DNA of 64,000 nucleotides from a bacterium (GTDB lineage: Bacteria > Fidelibacterota > Marinisomatia > Marinisomatales > JAHJCW01): contig JANQGY010000018.1 in NCBI GenBank assembly GCA_028282845.1, positions 101,252-165,251 of the forward strand, read 5' to 3'. This document shows, piece after piece, positions 44,978 through 52,811 of this stretch. Positions within the stretch are counted from its first letter, which is position 1. Each line of letters begins with the position of its first letter. Below the pieces are notes generated by a model. The model searched no databases. It was given only the letters and a program-made list of their open reading frames with translations, and was not told the DNA's origin. Position numbers and translations under genes: made by a program.

Positions 44978-45894
44978 TTAATTGCTTCCCAATTTGAATT
45001 AAATCTTTTTTTGTAACCTTTATTAATCTTAAGACGTGTCAATTTTTCAGTCTCGTTTACCACATCGTTATAAATTTTTGCGCCAAAATATTCTTTAGCG
45101 GATCTTGATGCCGGTAAAACCATTGGAGCCGGCTTCCAAATAAATATATTGTTAGTATTCCGATTAATAAGCTGCCCTTCACTGCAAGCCCATGAAAGTT
45201 GAGTTAGATTGGTTGTGGTGCTTAACATCTTGTCCATTACCCTCAGAGCCCCCTGTTTTTTAGGATTAACGAATATGAATCTACGACCATATAATATTCC
45301 GGTATGTAAATAATTTGGAACTAAGACAACGCCATCGGCTTGCAGGCGTTTTGCGAACCAATAAAATATTTCAAAGATAGTGCTTGTAAAACCAAGTCCC
45401 GGGTAATCCTGTCCCGGCAGTTGCGGTCTTCGGTGTGAAAATCTTTTTAAGGGGTTTTGCAACAGAAACCATTCGACAACAAGTAGATCAGCCGGTGGGT
45501 ATTTTTTGTCATCTAACGAAGGAGTTTTAAAGGTGCTGCGACGCATCACTAATTCTCCTGATAAGAGAGTATCATTTCTTATTTTGTGGGATATTTGGAT
45601 TTTATGCTTAAATGAATCCTTAGTATCTAATTCAACGATCGGATTAACCAAGCCCTTGTTCTCGAGATGGTCAAAAAAGCCGAATTTAGTTAAAACAGAT
45701 TCGATGCTCTTTTTGCTAAGTGCGCCCAAAAAGCGTGCTGTTCCTCTACTCGTCGTCAGATCATTAAACAACTCTTCTGTAGTAAGGTCAGTTGAGTCAC
45801 CTTCGCTAAAAGCCAAATCGCGTTGGATATGTTTTACCAAATTGCGATATTTTTTTGGTCGTGGTTTCAACAAAGTATTTATATCCGGCAACAT
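44971..45894 (-). CDS. Hypothetical protein, first gene of the thiN-SSS-EamA operon
   Basis: 307 aa starting at an ATG, with no signal peptide. I cannot place the conserved-looking core VVEWFLLQNPLKRFSHRRPQLPGQDYPGLGFTSTIFEIFYWFAKRLQADGVVLVPNYLHTGILY in a known family. It overlaps thiN by 7 nt. Confidence 0.5.
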   Translation of the reverse strand: MLPDINTLLKPRPKKYRNLVKHIQRDLAFSEGDSTDLTTEELFNDLTTSRGTARFLGALSKKSIESVLTKFGFFDHLENKGLVNPIVELDTKDSFKHKIQISHKIRNDTLLSGELVMRRSTFKTPSLDDKKYPPADLLVVEWFLLQNPLKRFSHRRPQLPGQDYPGLGFTSTIFEIFYWFAKRLQADGVVLVPNYLHTGILYGRRFIFVNPKKQGALRVMDKMLSTTTNLTQLSWACSEGQLINRNTNNIFIWKPAPMVLPASRSAKEYFGAKIYNDVVNETEKLTRLKINKGYKKRFNSNWEAIKC

Positions 45895-46002
45895 CTTTTA
45901 ATTTACAAGATTCTGAAATAAATGGCGGTATGTTTGACAGAAAAAATTATTTCCTTTTTGTTGATTTAAATACTTGCTTTCAATCAAATTAAATTTATAA
46001 TA

Positions 46003-46034
46003 TTGGAAACGAAATATACTAAAATCGTTTCCAA
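46003..46034. promoter_or_regulatory. Candidate TetR operator: TTGGAAACGA-N12-TCGTTTCCAA (perfect 10-bp inverted repeat), just downstream of a sigma70-like promoter
   Basis: Read directly from the sequence. The right arm ends on the A of the TetR ATG (46034). TTGCTT (45974-45979), a 16-nt spacer and TATAAT (45996-46001) lie immediately upstream. Confidence 0.55.
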
Positions 46035-46633
46035 TGGATAAAATTGATAAATATAAAGAGATCATTCTTGAGCAGGCATTTGTGTCGTTCACGCAGAAAG
46101 GTCCTAAGAATTTTACTGTTGATGCTTTAGCGGTTGAATTGGGCATGAGCAAAAAAACCATTTATGGAATTTTCCCCACTAAAGAAATCTTAATTGAAAA
46201 TATCTTTGAACACTTAACTGATTCAATTAGAAAAGAATTTGAGGATATTGCCAATTCGGAAGAAAATCCGATAGTTAGATTTAATACGATAATAGATTCC
46301 CTATCGAAAAAAATCGTGCGGATTCCTTTAGCAAGTCTTATGGAACTAAAAGTACGTTACCCGCTTATTTGGCAACGTGTTACTAATTTTAGAAAAGAAA
46401 TGAGCAAAAACTTTGCGCTATTTTTTAAAGAAGCTCAAAAACAGGGCTTGGCAAAATCAGATATTGATATGGAAAAGGCTGCTTCAATTTTCTTATATAT
46501 TATTAACAATACGCTTCAACCTGAATTTTTTATAGCAAACGATTTAGCGCCGAGTGATGGGATAAAGTTATTCGTTCGGATGATCACCGAGGGTCTTTTG
46601 ACTGAAGAAGGTATAGCCTTACAAAATAAATGA
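46034..46633 (+). CDS. TetR/AcrR-family transcriptional regulator
   Basis: 199 aa. N-terminal HTH: ILEQAFVSFTQKGPKNFTVDALAVELGMSKKTIYGIFPTKEILI. Confidence 0.85.
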   Translation: MDKIDKYKEIILEQAFVSFTQKGPKNFTVDALAVELGMSKKTIYGIFPTKEILIENIFEHLTDSIRKEFEDIANSEENPIVRFNTIIDSLSKKIVRIPLASLMELKVRYPLIWQRVTNFRKEMSKNFALFFKEAQKQGLAKSDIDMEKAASIFLYIINNTLQPEFFIANDLAPSDGIKLFVRMITEGLLTEEGIALQNK

Positions 46634-46645
46634 TAGGGGAATATT

Positions 46646-48949
46646 ATGTCGAGTAAATTAAAAAATTGGTCAATCAGGCAATCATTGGATCATCCTGTAA
46701 GAACCATATTATTAAGTATCATCTTCACGGCAATATTTGCATTTGGGATCAAATGGTTAGTTATTGAAGATGACATGATGAAAATCCTGCCGCAGGATAT
46801 GGAAACTGTACAAACTTGGAATACCATCAAAGATGAGTTCGGTTCCACCGATATCATGTTCATCGCATTCGGTAAACCGGGTGAATCGGTTTATAATGAA
46901 AATATTTTCCGTACTCTTTGGGATGTGAGCAATGCGATCGAATTACTTCCAAATGTTTATGAGGTCATGTCAATTACTACTGTAAATAGAATAGATGGTG
47001 ATGATGGATTCATGGAAGTAAGCAATCTCCAACCGAATAGAGAATTAAGTGCAGAGGAAATTGCGTCAATCAGAAAATATATTGAGGAAAATGAAAATAT
47101 TGCCAGTCGTTTTGTGAGCGAAAACGGCGATTTTTTCAATATAGTTGTAAAACCTATTCCTAATGCTAAAACTGATGTATTCAGTGAACAGGTACTGGGA
47201 ATAACAGAAGAACTTTTATCTGATTATACCGTACATTATGGTGGTCAAATATATTTAATGGGAACAATGCCGGCGATCTTAACCGGAGATGTTGCCAGAC
47301 TAATGCGTGTTGGTGTTATAGTAATGGCAATAATTTTGTTGCTGAGTTTGCGTAGTGTCCCGGCCGTCCTGATGAATTTCACAGTAATAATATTGTCATT
47401 ACTGACAATGGCAGGATCAATGGGATGGTTGTTCAAACTTACCGGATCAGACAAGTTTTTATTCTCATTAATGAATACCTCAATGCCAATGGTACTGTTA
47501 ACAATTGCAAACTCTGATGGCGTTCATGTAATCACCAAATTCTTTAAAAAAGTCAGGATTACTAAAGATGCACGTGAAGCAGCAAAAATAACGATGGAAT
47601 CTTTGTTACTACCAATATTCTTAACAAGTATTACAACAATTTCAGCATTTCTGACTATGATATTTTCGCCACTACAGCAATTAGTCGGATATGGAATATC
47701 AATCGCAATCGGCATAGCTTGGGCATGGATACTATCTTCGCTCATGTTACCGGCGATGTTATCATTAAGGAAATGGAAAATGGATTCCAAAGCGATTAAA
47801 AAAGCGGGTGTATTTGAAAGATTTATTGATGCTGTCGGAAGTAGGATTATGCGATACCACAAGATAGTTTTAGCCTCAGCTTTAATAGTGGTTGGAATAG
47901 TTGCCTTTGGCATCAAGAAATTGAATATAGAAGTAAATATAATGACCTTTTTCCAAAAAGGATCGGAAATAAGAAATAGTTTAGAATTTCTTGATGAAGA
48001 AATGTCCGGAACAATGGATATGCAATTTAGAATTGAAGGTGATATAAAAGATCCGGAAACTTTAAAACAAATGGAAATAATTCAGGAATTTTTAGAAAGT
48101 CACGAAAAAGTTGCCGCATCAATATCAATAGCAGATATTATTAAAATGATGCACAAGGCTGTAGAAAATAATGATCCAAATTATGAGTTCATTCCTGAAA
48201 CACGGGGAAAGGTAAATAATTTATTTACATTGTATTCTATGTCAGGCGACCCCGAAGATTTTGAATCTTTAGTGGATTATGACTATGAAACAGGACTTGT
48301 TACCACTTTAATGAGTACAATATCAACTACGGAAATTGCGCATTTTGTGAATGAGACCGAGGATTTTATTGATAAGAATATTGATGAAGATCTAAGCATC
48401 TCCACAACCGGAATTCTTGTTGTATTTAGGGACTTAACTGATAAGATAGTAGAATCTTCATTCATTAGCATATTTTCCTCAATAATTGTTATATGCATAA
48501 TAGCTTCAATATTCTTTAAAAGAATAAGATGGGGGCTAATTGCAATTACTCCGCTAATTTCCTCTGTGTTATTGACTTTTGGATTAATGGGCTGGACTGG
48601 CATTGATTTTAGTCATATAACGGCTATTTTATCGTCAGTAATTATTGGTGTGGGCGTTGATTTTGCCATCCACTATATTTCACAATTTAAAAGAATATCG
48701 AATCGCTCAAATGATCATACCAATCTAACGAATGAAGTGATTGATGATGTCGGTTATCCGATAATACTTAATTCGGGTTCCAATATGGCATTTGGCGCAT
48801 TGTTAGCATCCACATTTATACCGATCCAGCAAATCGGCGGATTAATGGTATTCGCCATGCTTTCGACCTCTTTGGGAACGCTCACGCTAATGGCTTCCAT
48901 AGTAGAAATATTTAAGAACAAATTAGTTGAAAAAAATAAGGAAAATTAA
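46646..48949 (+). CDS. MMPL/RND-superfamily exporter
   Basis: 767 aa. It has two blocks of about 6 TM segments, each preceded by a large soluble loop. The N-terminus WSIRQSLDHPVRTILLSIIFTAIFAFGIKWL and the segments SLLLPIFLTSITTISAFLTMIF / GVGVDFAIHYI are typical of MMPL / HpnN-like RND proteins. Confidence 0.8.
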   Translation: MSSKLKNWSIRQSLDHPVRTILLSIIFTAIFAFGIKWLVIEDDMMKILPQDMETVQTWNTIKDEFGSTDIMFIAFGKPGESVYNENIFRTLWDVSNAIELLPNVYEVMSITTVNRIDGDDGFMEVSNLQPNRELSAEEIASIRKYIEENENIASRFVSENGDFFNIVVKPIPNAKTDVFSEQVLGITEELLSDYTVHYGGQIYLMGTMPAILTGDVARLMRVGVIVMAIILLLSLRSVPAVLMNFTVIILSLLTMAGSMGWLFKLTGSDKFLFSLMNTSMPMVLLTIANSDGVHVITKFFKKVRITKDAREAAKITMESLLLPIFLTSITTISAFLTMIFSPLQQLVGYGISIAIGIAWAWILSSLMLPAMLSLRKWKMDSKAIKKAGVFERFIDAVGSRIMRYHKIVLASALIVVGIVAFGIKKLNIEVNIMTFFQKGSEIRNSLEFLDEEMSGTMDMQFRIEGDIKDPETLKQMEIIQEFLESHEKVAASISIADIIKMMHKAVENNDPNYEFIPETRGKVNNLFTLYSMSGDPEDFESLVDYDYETGLVTTLMSTISTTEIAHFVNETEDFIDKNIDEDLSISTTGILVVFRDLTDKIVESSFISIFSSIIVICIIASIFFKRIRWGLIAITPLISSVLLTFGLMGWTGIDFSHITAILSSVIIGVGVDFAIHYISQFKRISNRSNDHTNLTNEVIDDVGYPIILNSGSNMAFGALLASTFIPIQQIGGLMVFAMLSTSLGTLTLMASIVEIFKNKLVEKNKEN

Positions 48950-48950
48950 A

Positions 48951-49700
48951 ATGAGTAAATATTTAATAATTATCGTTATGCTGTTTAGCTACACGTTTGG
49001 ACAAAGCGGCTATGAAATTGCAAAGAGCGCCGATGAAAGAGAAACGCCAAAAGATATGACTACTGATCTTAGTATGATTTTAACAAATAAGAAGGGAAGA
49101 ACAAGGACTTCAACTTTGCATTCGGTTTCAAAAGATAATGCAGAGAAACAGATAATTTGGTTTTTAGCACCGGCTGACGATAAAGGCGTTGCCTTCCTGA
49201 AGATTGAGCATGCAGGAGCCGATGACGAAATGCGATTATGGCTTCCCGCATTTAATAAAGTACGTAGAATTTCATCTAATCAAAAATCGGATTCATTTAT
49301 GGGCTCCGACATGAGTTATGAAGATATGACCTCCCGTACTCTGGATGAATATTCATACGAATTATTAGGCGAAGAATTGTTGGATGATGTATTATGCTTC
49401 AAATTAGAGATCACACCAAAACCGGAAGCAGAATCGAATTATTCGAAATTCATTACCTGGATTTCCAAAGACGAATATCTCACTCTGCAAGAGGAGTATT
49501 ATGACAAGAGTGGAAGACTCGAAAAAGTACGTACAATAAAATATGCCGAGCAAAAAGGATACATCGTACCTACGGAAATATTTGTTAAGAATGTGCAAAC
49601 AAAGCATTCTACATTGTTGACATTCGATGAATTAAAATTAGATACCGGAATCGAGGATAATTTGTTTCAGGAAAAGAATTTAAAAAGGTTACCGAGGTAA
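48951..49700 (+). CDS. LolA-like outer-membrane lipoprotein-sorting protein family
   Basis: I moved the start to the ATG at 48951 (MSKYLIIIVMLFSYTFGQ), 2 nt after the MMPL stop. The track start at 48927 is a TTG inside the MMPL gene. Pattern seen: MILTNKKGRTRTSTLHSVSKD...IIWFLAPADDKGVAFLK...LWLPAFNKVRRISSNQKSDSFMGSDMSYEDM. Confidence 0.7.
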   Translation: MSKYLIIIVMLFSYTFGQSGYEIAKSADERETPKDMTTDLSMILTNKKGRTRTSTLHSVSKDNAEKQIIWFLAPADDKGVAFLKIEHAGADDEMRLWLPAFNKVRRISSNQKSDSFMGSDMSYEDMTSRTLDEYSYELLGEELLDDVLCFKLEITPKPEAESNYSKFITWISKDEYLTLQEEYYDKSGRLEKVRTIKYAEQKGYIVPTEIFVKNVQTKHSTLLTFDELKLDTGIEDNLFQEKNLKRLPR

Positions 49701-49704
49701 TAAT

Positions 49705-50016
49705 ATGAAAACAGAAGTGTTGAAGATCAATGGATTAATTGAATATCAAAGCGATGCAGTGGTAAGCAAAACGCTGATCAAAAAAGATAAAGGGACTTTT
49801 ACGGCGTTTGCTTTTGATAAAGGACAAAGTTTAAGTGAACATACTGCACCTTTCGATGCAATGGTTCAAATCATTGACGGCAAAGCCGATGTAATAATTG
49901 ACGGAAAATCTCACATTGTAAGCGCGGGTGAATTGATCATAATGCCGGCAAATGTGCCGCACGCTCTTAAAGCGATTGAGCAATTCAAAATGTTATTGAC
50001 TATGATTAAGGAATAA
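49705..50016 (+). CDS. Cupin-domain protein
   Basis: 103 aa. Motif seen: HTAPFDAMVQIIDGKADVIIDGKSHIVSAGELIIMPANVPHAL. Confidence 0.7.
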   Translation: MKTEVLKINGLIEYQSDAVVSKTLIKKDKGTFTAFAFDKGQSLSEHTAPFDAMVQIIDGKADVIIDGKSHIVSAGELIIMPANVPHALKAIEQFKMLLTMIKE

Positions 50017-50018
50017 TA

Positions 50019-51287
50019 ATGAAAATTGTTACAATCATTTTACTTCCCATATTGTTATTTAGTCAGATATACTATTCAGGAAAGATTTCACCTAAATATT
50101 TATTAAGAATATCTGACGGTACGGAAATATCGCTGCCGTTCCGAGTTGCCGAATTGCAATTAGGATATTCAATCGGCGATTTTGAATTAAAGACCAACAC
50201 TGCAGTGGAATCTCGTTGGCAAGGCATGGAAGCCGATCTGGAACTTCGTGAAGCTTATTTACAATGGTATCCTCAATTCGGTGAAGTAAAAGCGGGTAAA
50301 ATAATTCATACTTGGGGTGCTGCTGATGGAAATAATCCAACCGATAATATCAATCCCTATGACTTTTATTATATGTTTATTCCCGGAGCAGATAGAAAAA
50401 TAGGAATTTTATCAGGTTCAGTGAAAGCTTATTGGAATATTTTCAGTTTAGAAGGAATATTTATTCCTGAATATAAAGGTAACAGACTTCCTTTCAATGA
50501 GGATGACTTTCCAATTCAATTTCCGTATGAACCGGAAGACTATTTAGAAACTGATAGAAAATATGAATATGGTGCACGATTACAAACTGCTTTCAATTTT
50601 GGAGATATTTCCATATCCTATTTTGATGGTTTTGATGATTCATTTAGTATATTAGATCTAACATTTACGGGTCAGCCATTAAACCCTTTCATCCCAACAT
50701 TTGGATTTCGGGAAACTAAAATGATGGGAACGGATTTAGTAATATTTTTTGGAAATTTTACTTACAGAGGTGAAGTTGGTTATTTTATTACTGATTATTT
50801 TGATCACGATGCCAAATCATATGAATCGGTTGCTCCGATTGAAGTGGACGCAAAATATTTACAATATGTATTACAAATCGAATATAGCGGTTTTAGTGAT
50901 ATTAATATTGGTGCTCAATTATTGGGAACAGACGTTGTAAGCGCAAGTGGAATGAATGTTACTTCTAAAGGTACAGAGTTATTAACTACTGATAATTTTA
51001 GGCCCAGCATGGGAACTCCCTTTGCCATGATTGCTGAAAAAGCCATTATTGTAAATGGCTCTACGAGTTTATTTGATAGACAGTTAGAACTTGAAGCAAT
51101 GAGTCTAATTAACTTAGATGAGACCGGGTATTTAGTTGGAATTAATGTAGATTATTCTCCATTTGAAAATTGGAAATTTAACTTAGGAGTGAATAAGTTT
51201 ATTGGTGATGATGAAGACCCTGATAACCGGTTTAACCAAATGGAAGATTTCTCTCATGTTTCTCTTGGGTTGGAATATAATTTCTAA
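50019..51287 (+). CDS. Outer-membrane beta-barrel protein (unknown family, DUF1302-like context)
   Basis: 422 aa with a signal peptide. It shows alternating beta-strand periodicity and a C-terminal ...HVSLGLEYNF with the terminal Phe typical of OMPs. Confidence 0.55.
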   Translation: MKIVTIILLPILLFSQIYYSGKISPKYLLRISDGTEISLPFRVAELQLGYSIGDFELKTNTAVESRWQGMEADLELREAYLQWYPQFGEVKAGKIIHTWGAADGNNPTDNINPYDFYYMFIPGADRKIGILSGSVKAYWNIFSLEGIFIPEYKGNRLPFNEDDFPIQFPYEPEDYLETDRKYEYGARLQTAFNFGDISISYFDGFDDSFSILDLTFTGQPLNPFIPTFGFRETKMMGTDLVIFFGNFTYRGEVGYFITDYFDHDAKSYESVAPIEVDAKYLQYVLQIEYSGFSDINIGAQLLGTDVVSASGMNVTSKGTELLTTDNFRPSMGTPFAMIAEKAIIVNGSTSLFDRQLELEAMSLINLDETGYLVGINVDYSPFENWKFNLGVNKFIGDDEDPDNRFNQMEDFSHVSLGLEYNF

Positions 51288-51290
51288 GTA

Positions 51291-51318
51291 GAGACATTGC
51301 ATGCAACGTCTCTACCAT
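51291..51318. terminator. Palindromic hairpin gtagagacattgca/tgcaacgtctctac
   Basis: A 28-nt near-perfect palindrome (one mismatch) 4 nt after the stop of the barrel gene. It lies between convergent genes. Confidence 0.65.
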
Positions 51319-51323
51319 AAAAA

Positions 51324-51363
51324 AATCTCCCCCTAACTTAGGGGGAGATTTAAGAGGGGGTAT
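51324..51363. repeat. Dispersed hairpin element (family tctcccc..ggggaga + aagagggg), copy 3
   Basis: The sequence is aatctccccc-taactta-gggggagatt (a perfect 10-bp stem) followed by taagagggggtat. It has the same architecture as the copies at 33559-33590 and 40868-40908. Confidence 0.7.
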
Positions 51364-51376
51364 TCAATATATTGTA

Positions 51377-52648
51377 CTAAGTAGTTTTGGGTGGTTTAAC
51401 CATTGAGATAACACCTACAGCAACTAAGCATAAAATACCACATATTGTGAATGCTAATGGGAAATTACCCGCATCACCAAGTTTACCACCAAGGATTGGT
51501 CCAAATATTCCACCAATTGCATATGCTAGGAATACCCAACCGTAATTTTGACCGATATATTTAGTACCGAAGGTATCCGCTGTAATTGTCGGAAATAAAG
51601 CAAAATTTCCGCCAAAATTAAATCCGATTAATATTGCAAAAAGATATAGAGTAAATTCATTACCTGCCATCCATTGGAATAAGATTACGAATATTCCTTG
51701 TGTAGCCATCATTAGCATAATAGAACTTTTTCTTCCCAGTCTATCACTTATTGCCCCCCATACTATGCGTCCAAATCCGTTAGCAAGGGCGAAGAATACG
51801 GCCATTGCTAACGTAGTTATCGGACCAGCTTTCTCAATAGATATACCATTATTTACTAGCGCCTCCATTGGGAACAATTTCATAAGACCAATGCTCATTA
51901 ATCCGGCACTTGCACCAAAAGCAAATGTTAATAGTATCATATAGAACTGAGCAGTCTTTAGCATTTCTGAACTTGACAATTCAACAACTTTGGATTGTGA
52001 TTTATCATTCGAGTTTGTAGTAGACTCTTTCCATCCATCAGGTTTCCAACCCTCAGGGGGGAATACCATCCAGATACTACCAATTAAAACTAAAATTGTA
52101 TACGCTATTCCGAGTGTAATGAATGTTTTCGATAATCCAATTGTAGCTATTAATTCCGCTCCGCCTAAATTTCCTAATTTGCCCGAAAGAGTCATCCATA
52201 AAGTAGCTCCAAATCCGAATCCGGCGACAGCAAGTCCGGTGATCAATCCTTTTTTATCGGGGAACCAACGCATTCCAACTGCAATTGGAACCACATAGCC
52301 TAGTCCTATACCGGAACCTCCCATAATTCCAACAAAAATGAAAGTTGACCAAAAGTTTTCAGCACCTAACAATCCTGCAATAATGTATCCCAATCCCAAA
52401 ACGATACCTCCTGCAATAGCTAGTTTTCTTGGTCCTACTTTGGGCAATAATCTACCTGCAATAACCATTACAATTGCAAATAATGCTAATCCTGCGGAAA
52501 ACACAAGTTGAGTTTCAGTTTTTGTCCAACCACTATTTTCTAAGGTCTTGGTGAAAACCGACCAGGCATAAATAGCCCCTAAACACAATTGAATCAAGAT
52601 TGCACCGATCACAACAAACCAACGGTTCTTGATATTACCATTACTCAT
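51377..52648 (-). CDS. MFS transporter, oxalate/formate antiporter (OFA)-like family
   Basis: 423 aa with 12 TM segments. Segments seen: NRWFVVIGAILIQLCLGAIYAWSVF and GRKSSIMLMMATQGIF, as in OFA / L-lactate-type MFS proteins. Confidence 0.7.
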   Translation of the reverse strand: MSNGNIKNRWFVVIGAILIQLCLGAIYAWSVFTKTLENSGWTKTETQLVFSAGLALFAIVMVIAGRLLPKVGPRKLAIAGGIVLGLGYIIAGLLGAENFWSTFIFVGIMGGSGIGLGYVVPIAVGMRWFPDKKGLITGLAVAGFGFGATLWMTLSGKLGNLGGAELIATIGLSKTFITLGIAYTILVLIGSIWMVFPPEGWKPDGWKESTTNSNDKSQSKVVELSSSEMLKTAQFYMILLTFAFGASAGLMSIGLMKLFPMEALVNNGISIEKAGPITTLAMAVFFALANGFGRIVWGAISDRLGRKSSIMLMMATQGIFVILFQWMAGNEFTLYLFAILIGFNFGGNFALFPTITADTFGTKYIGQNYGWVFLAYAIGGIFGPILGGKLGDAGNFPLAFTICGILCLVAVGVISMVKPPKTT

Positions 52649-52747
52649 TTTAATTCCTCATTTGATTTGATATTTTATAATAAATATTTATTAGGATAAG
52701 ATAGTCCTAATTTAGCTTTTTTTAAGATAAACTAAAAGATGCACATG

Positions 52748-52787
52748 AAAAAAATACCCGCCCATAATTGATAAGCGGGTATTTTTT
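52748..52787. terminator. Rho-independent-type terminator downstream of the beta-oxidation operon
   Basis: aaaaaa-atacccgc-ccataattgataa-gcgggtat-ttttt forms an 8-bp GC-rich stem flanked by A and T runs, so it is usable on either strand. Confidence 0.7.
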
Positions 52788-52811
52788 ACTAGGAGAGGCA
52801 AGCTTATTATA

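Noticed and set aside
45506-46161. ORFs 45506-45901 (+) and 45898-46161 (-)
   Set aside because: The first is antisense to the 307-aa hypothetical gene. The second spans the promoter / operator region and the 5' end of the TetR gene on the opposite strand. Neither has a motif or a plausible start context.
47245-48603. Minus-strand ORFs 47245-47454, 47524-47916 and 48283-48603 inside the MMPL gene
   Set aside because: They are antisense to a polytopic transporter gene. Hydrophobic antisense ORFs are a common artefact opposite membrane-protein genes.
48927-48950. Track start (TTG) at 48927 for the LolA-like gene
   Set aside because: It lies inside the MMPL gene. The ATG at 48951 follows the MMPL stop by 2 nt and starts a normal signal peptide.
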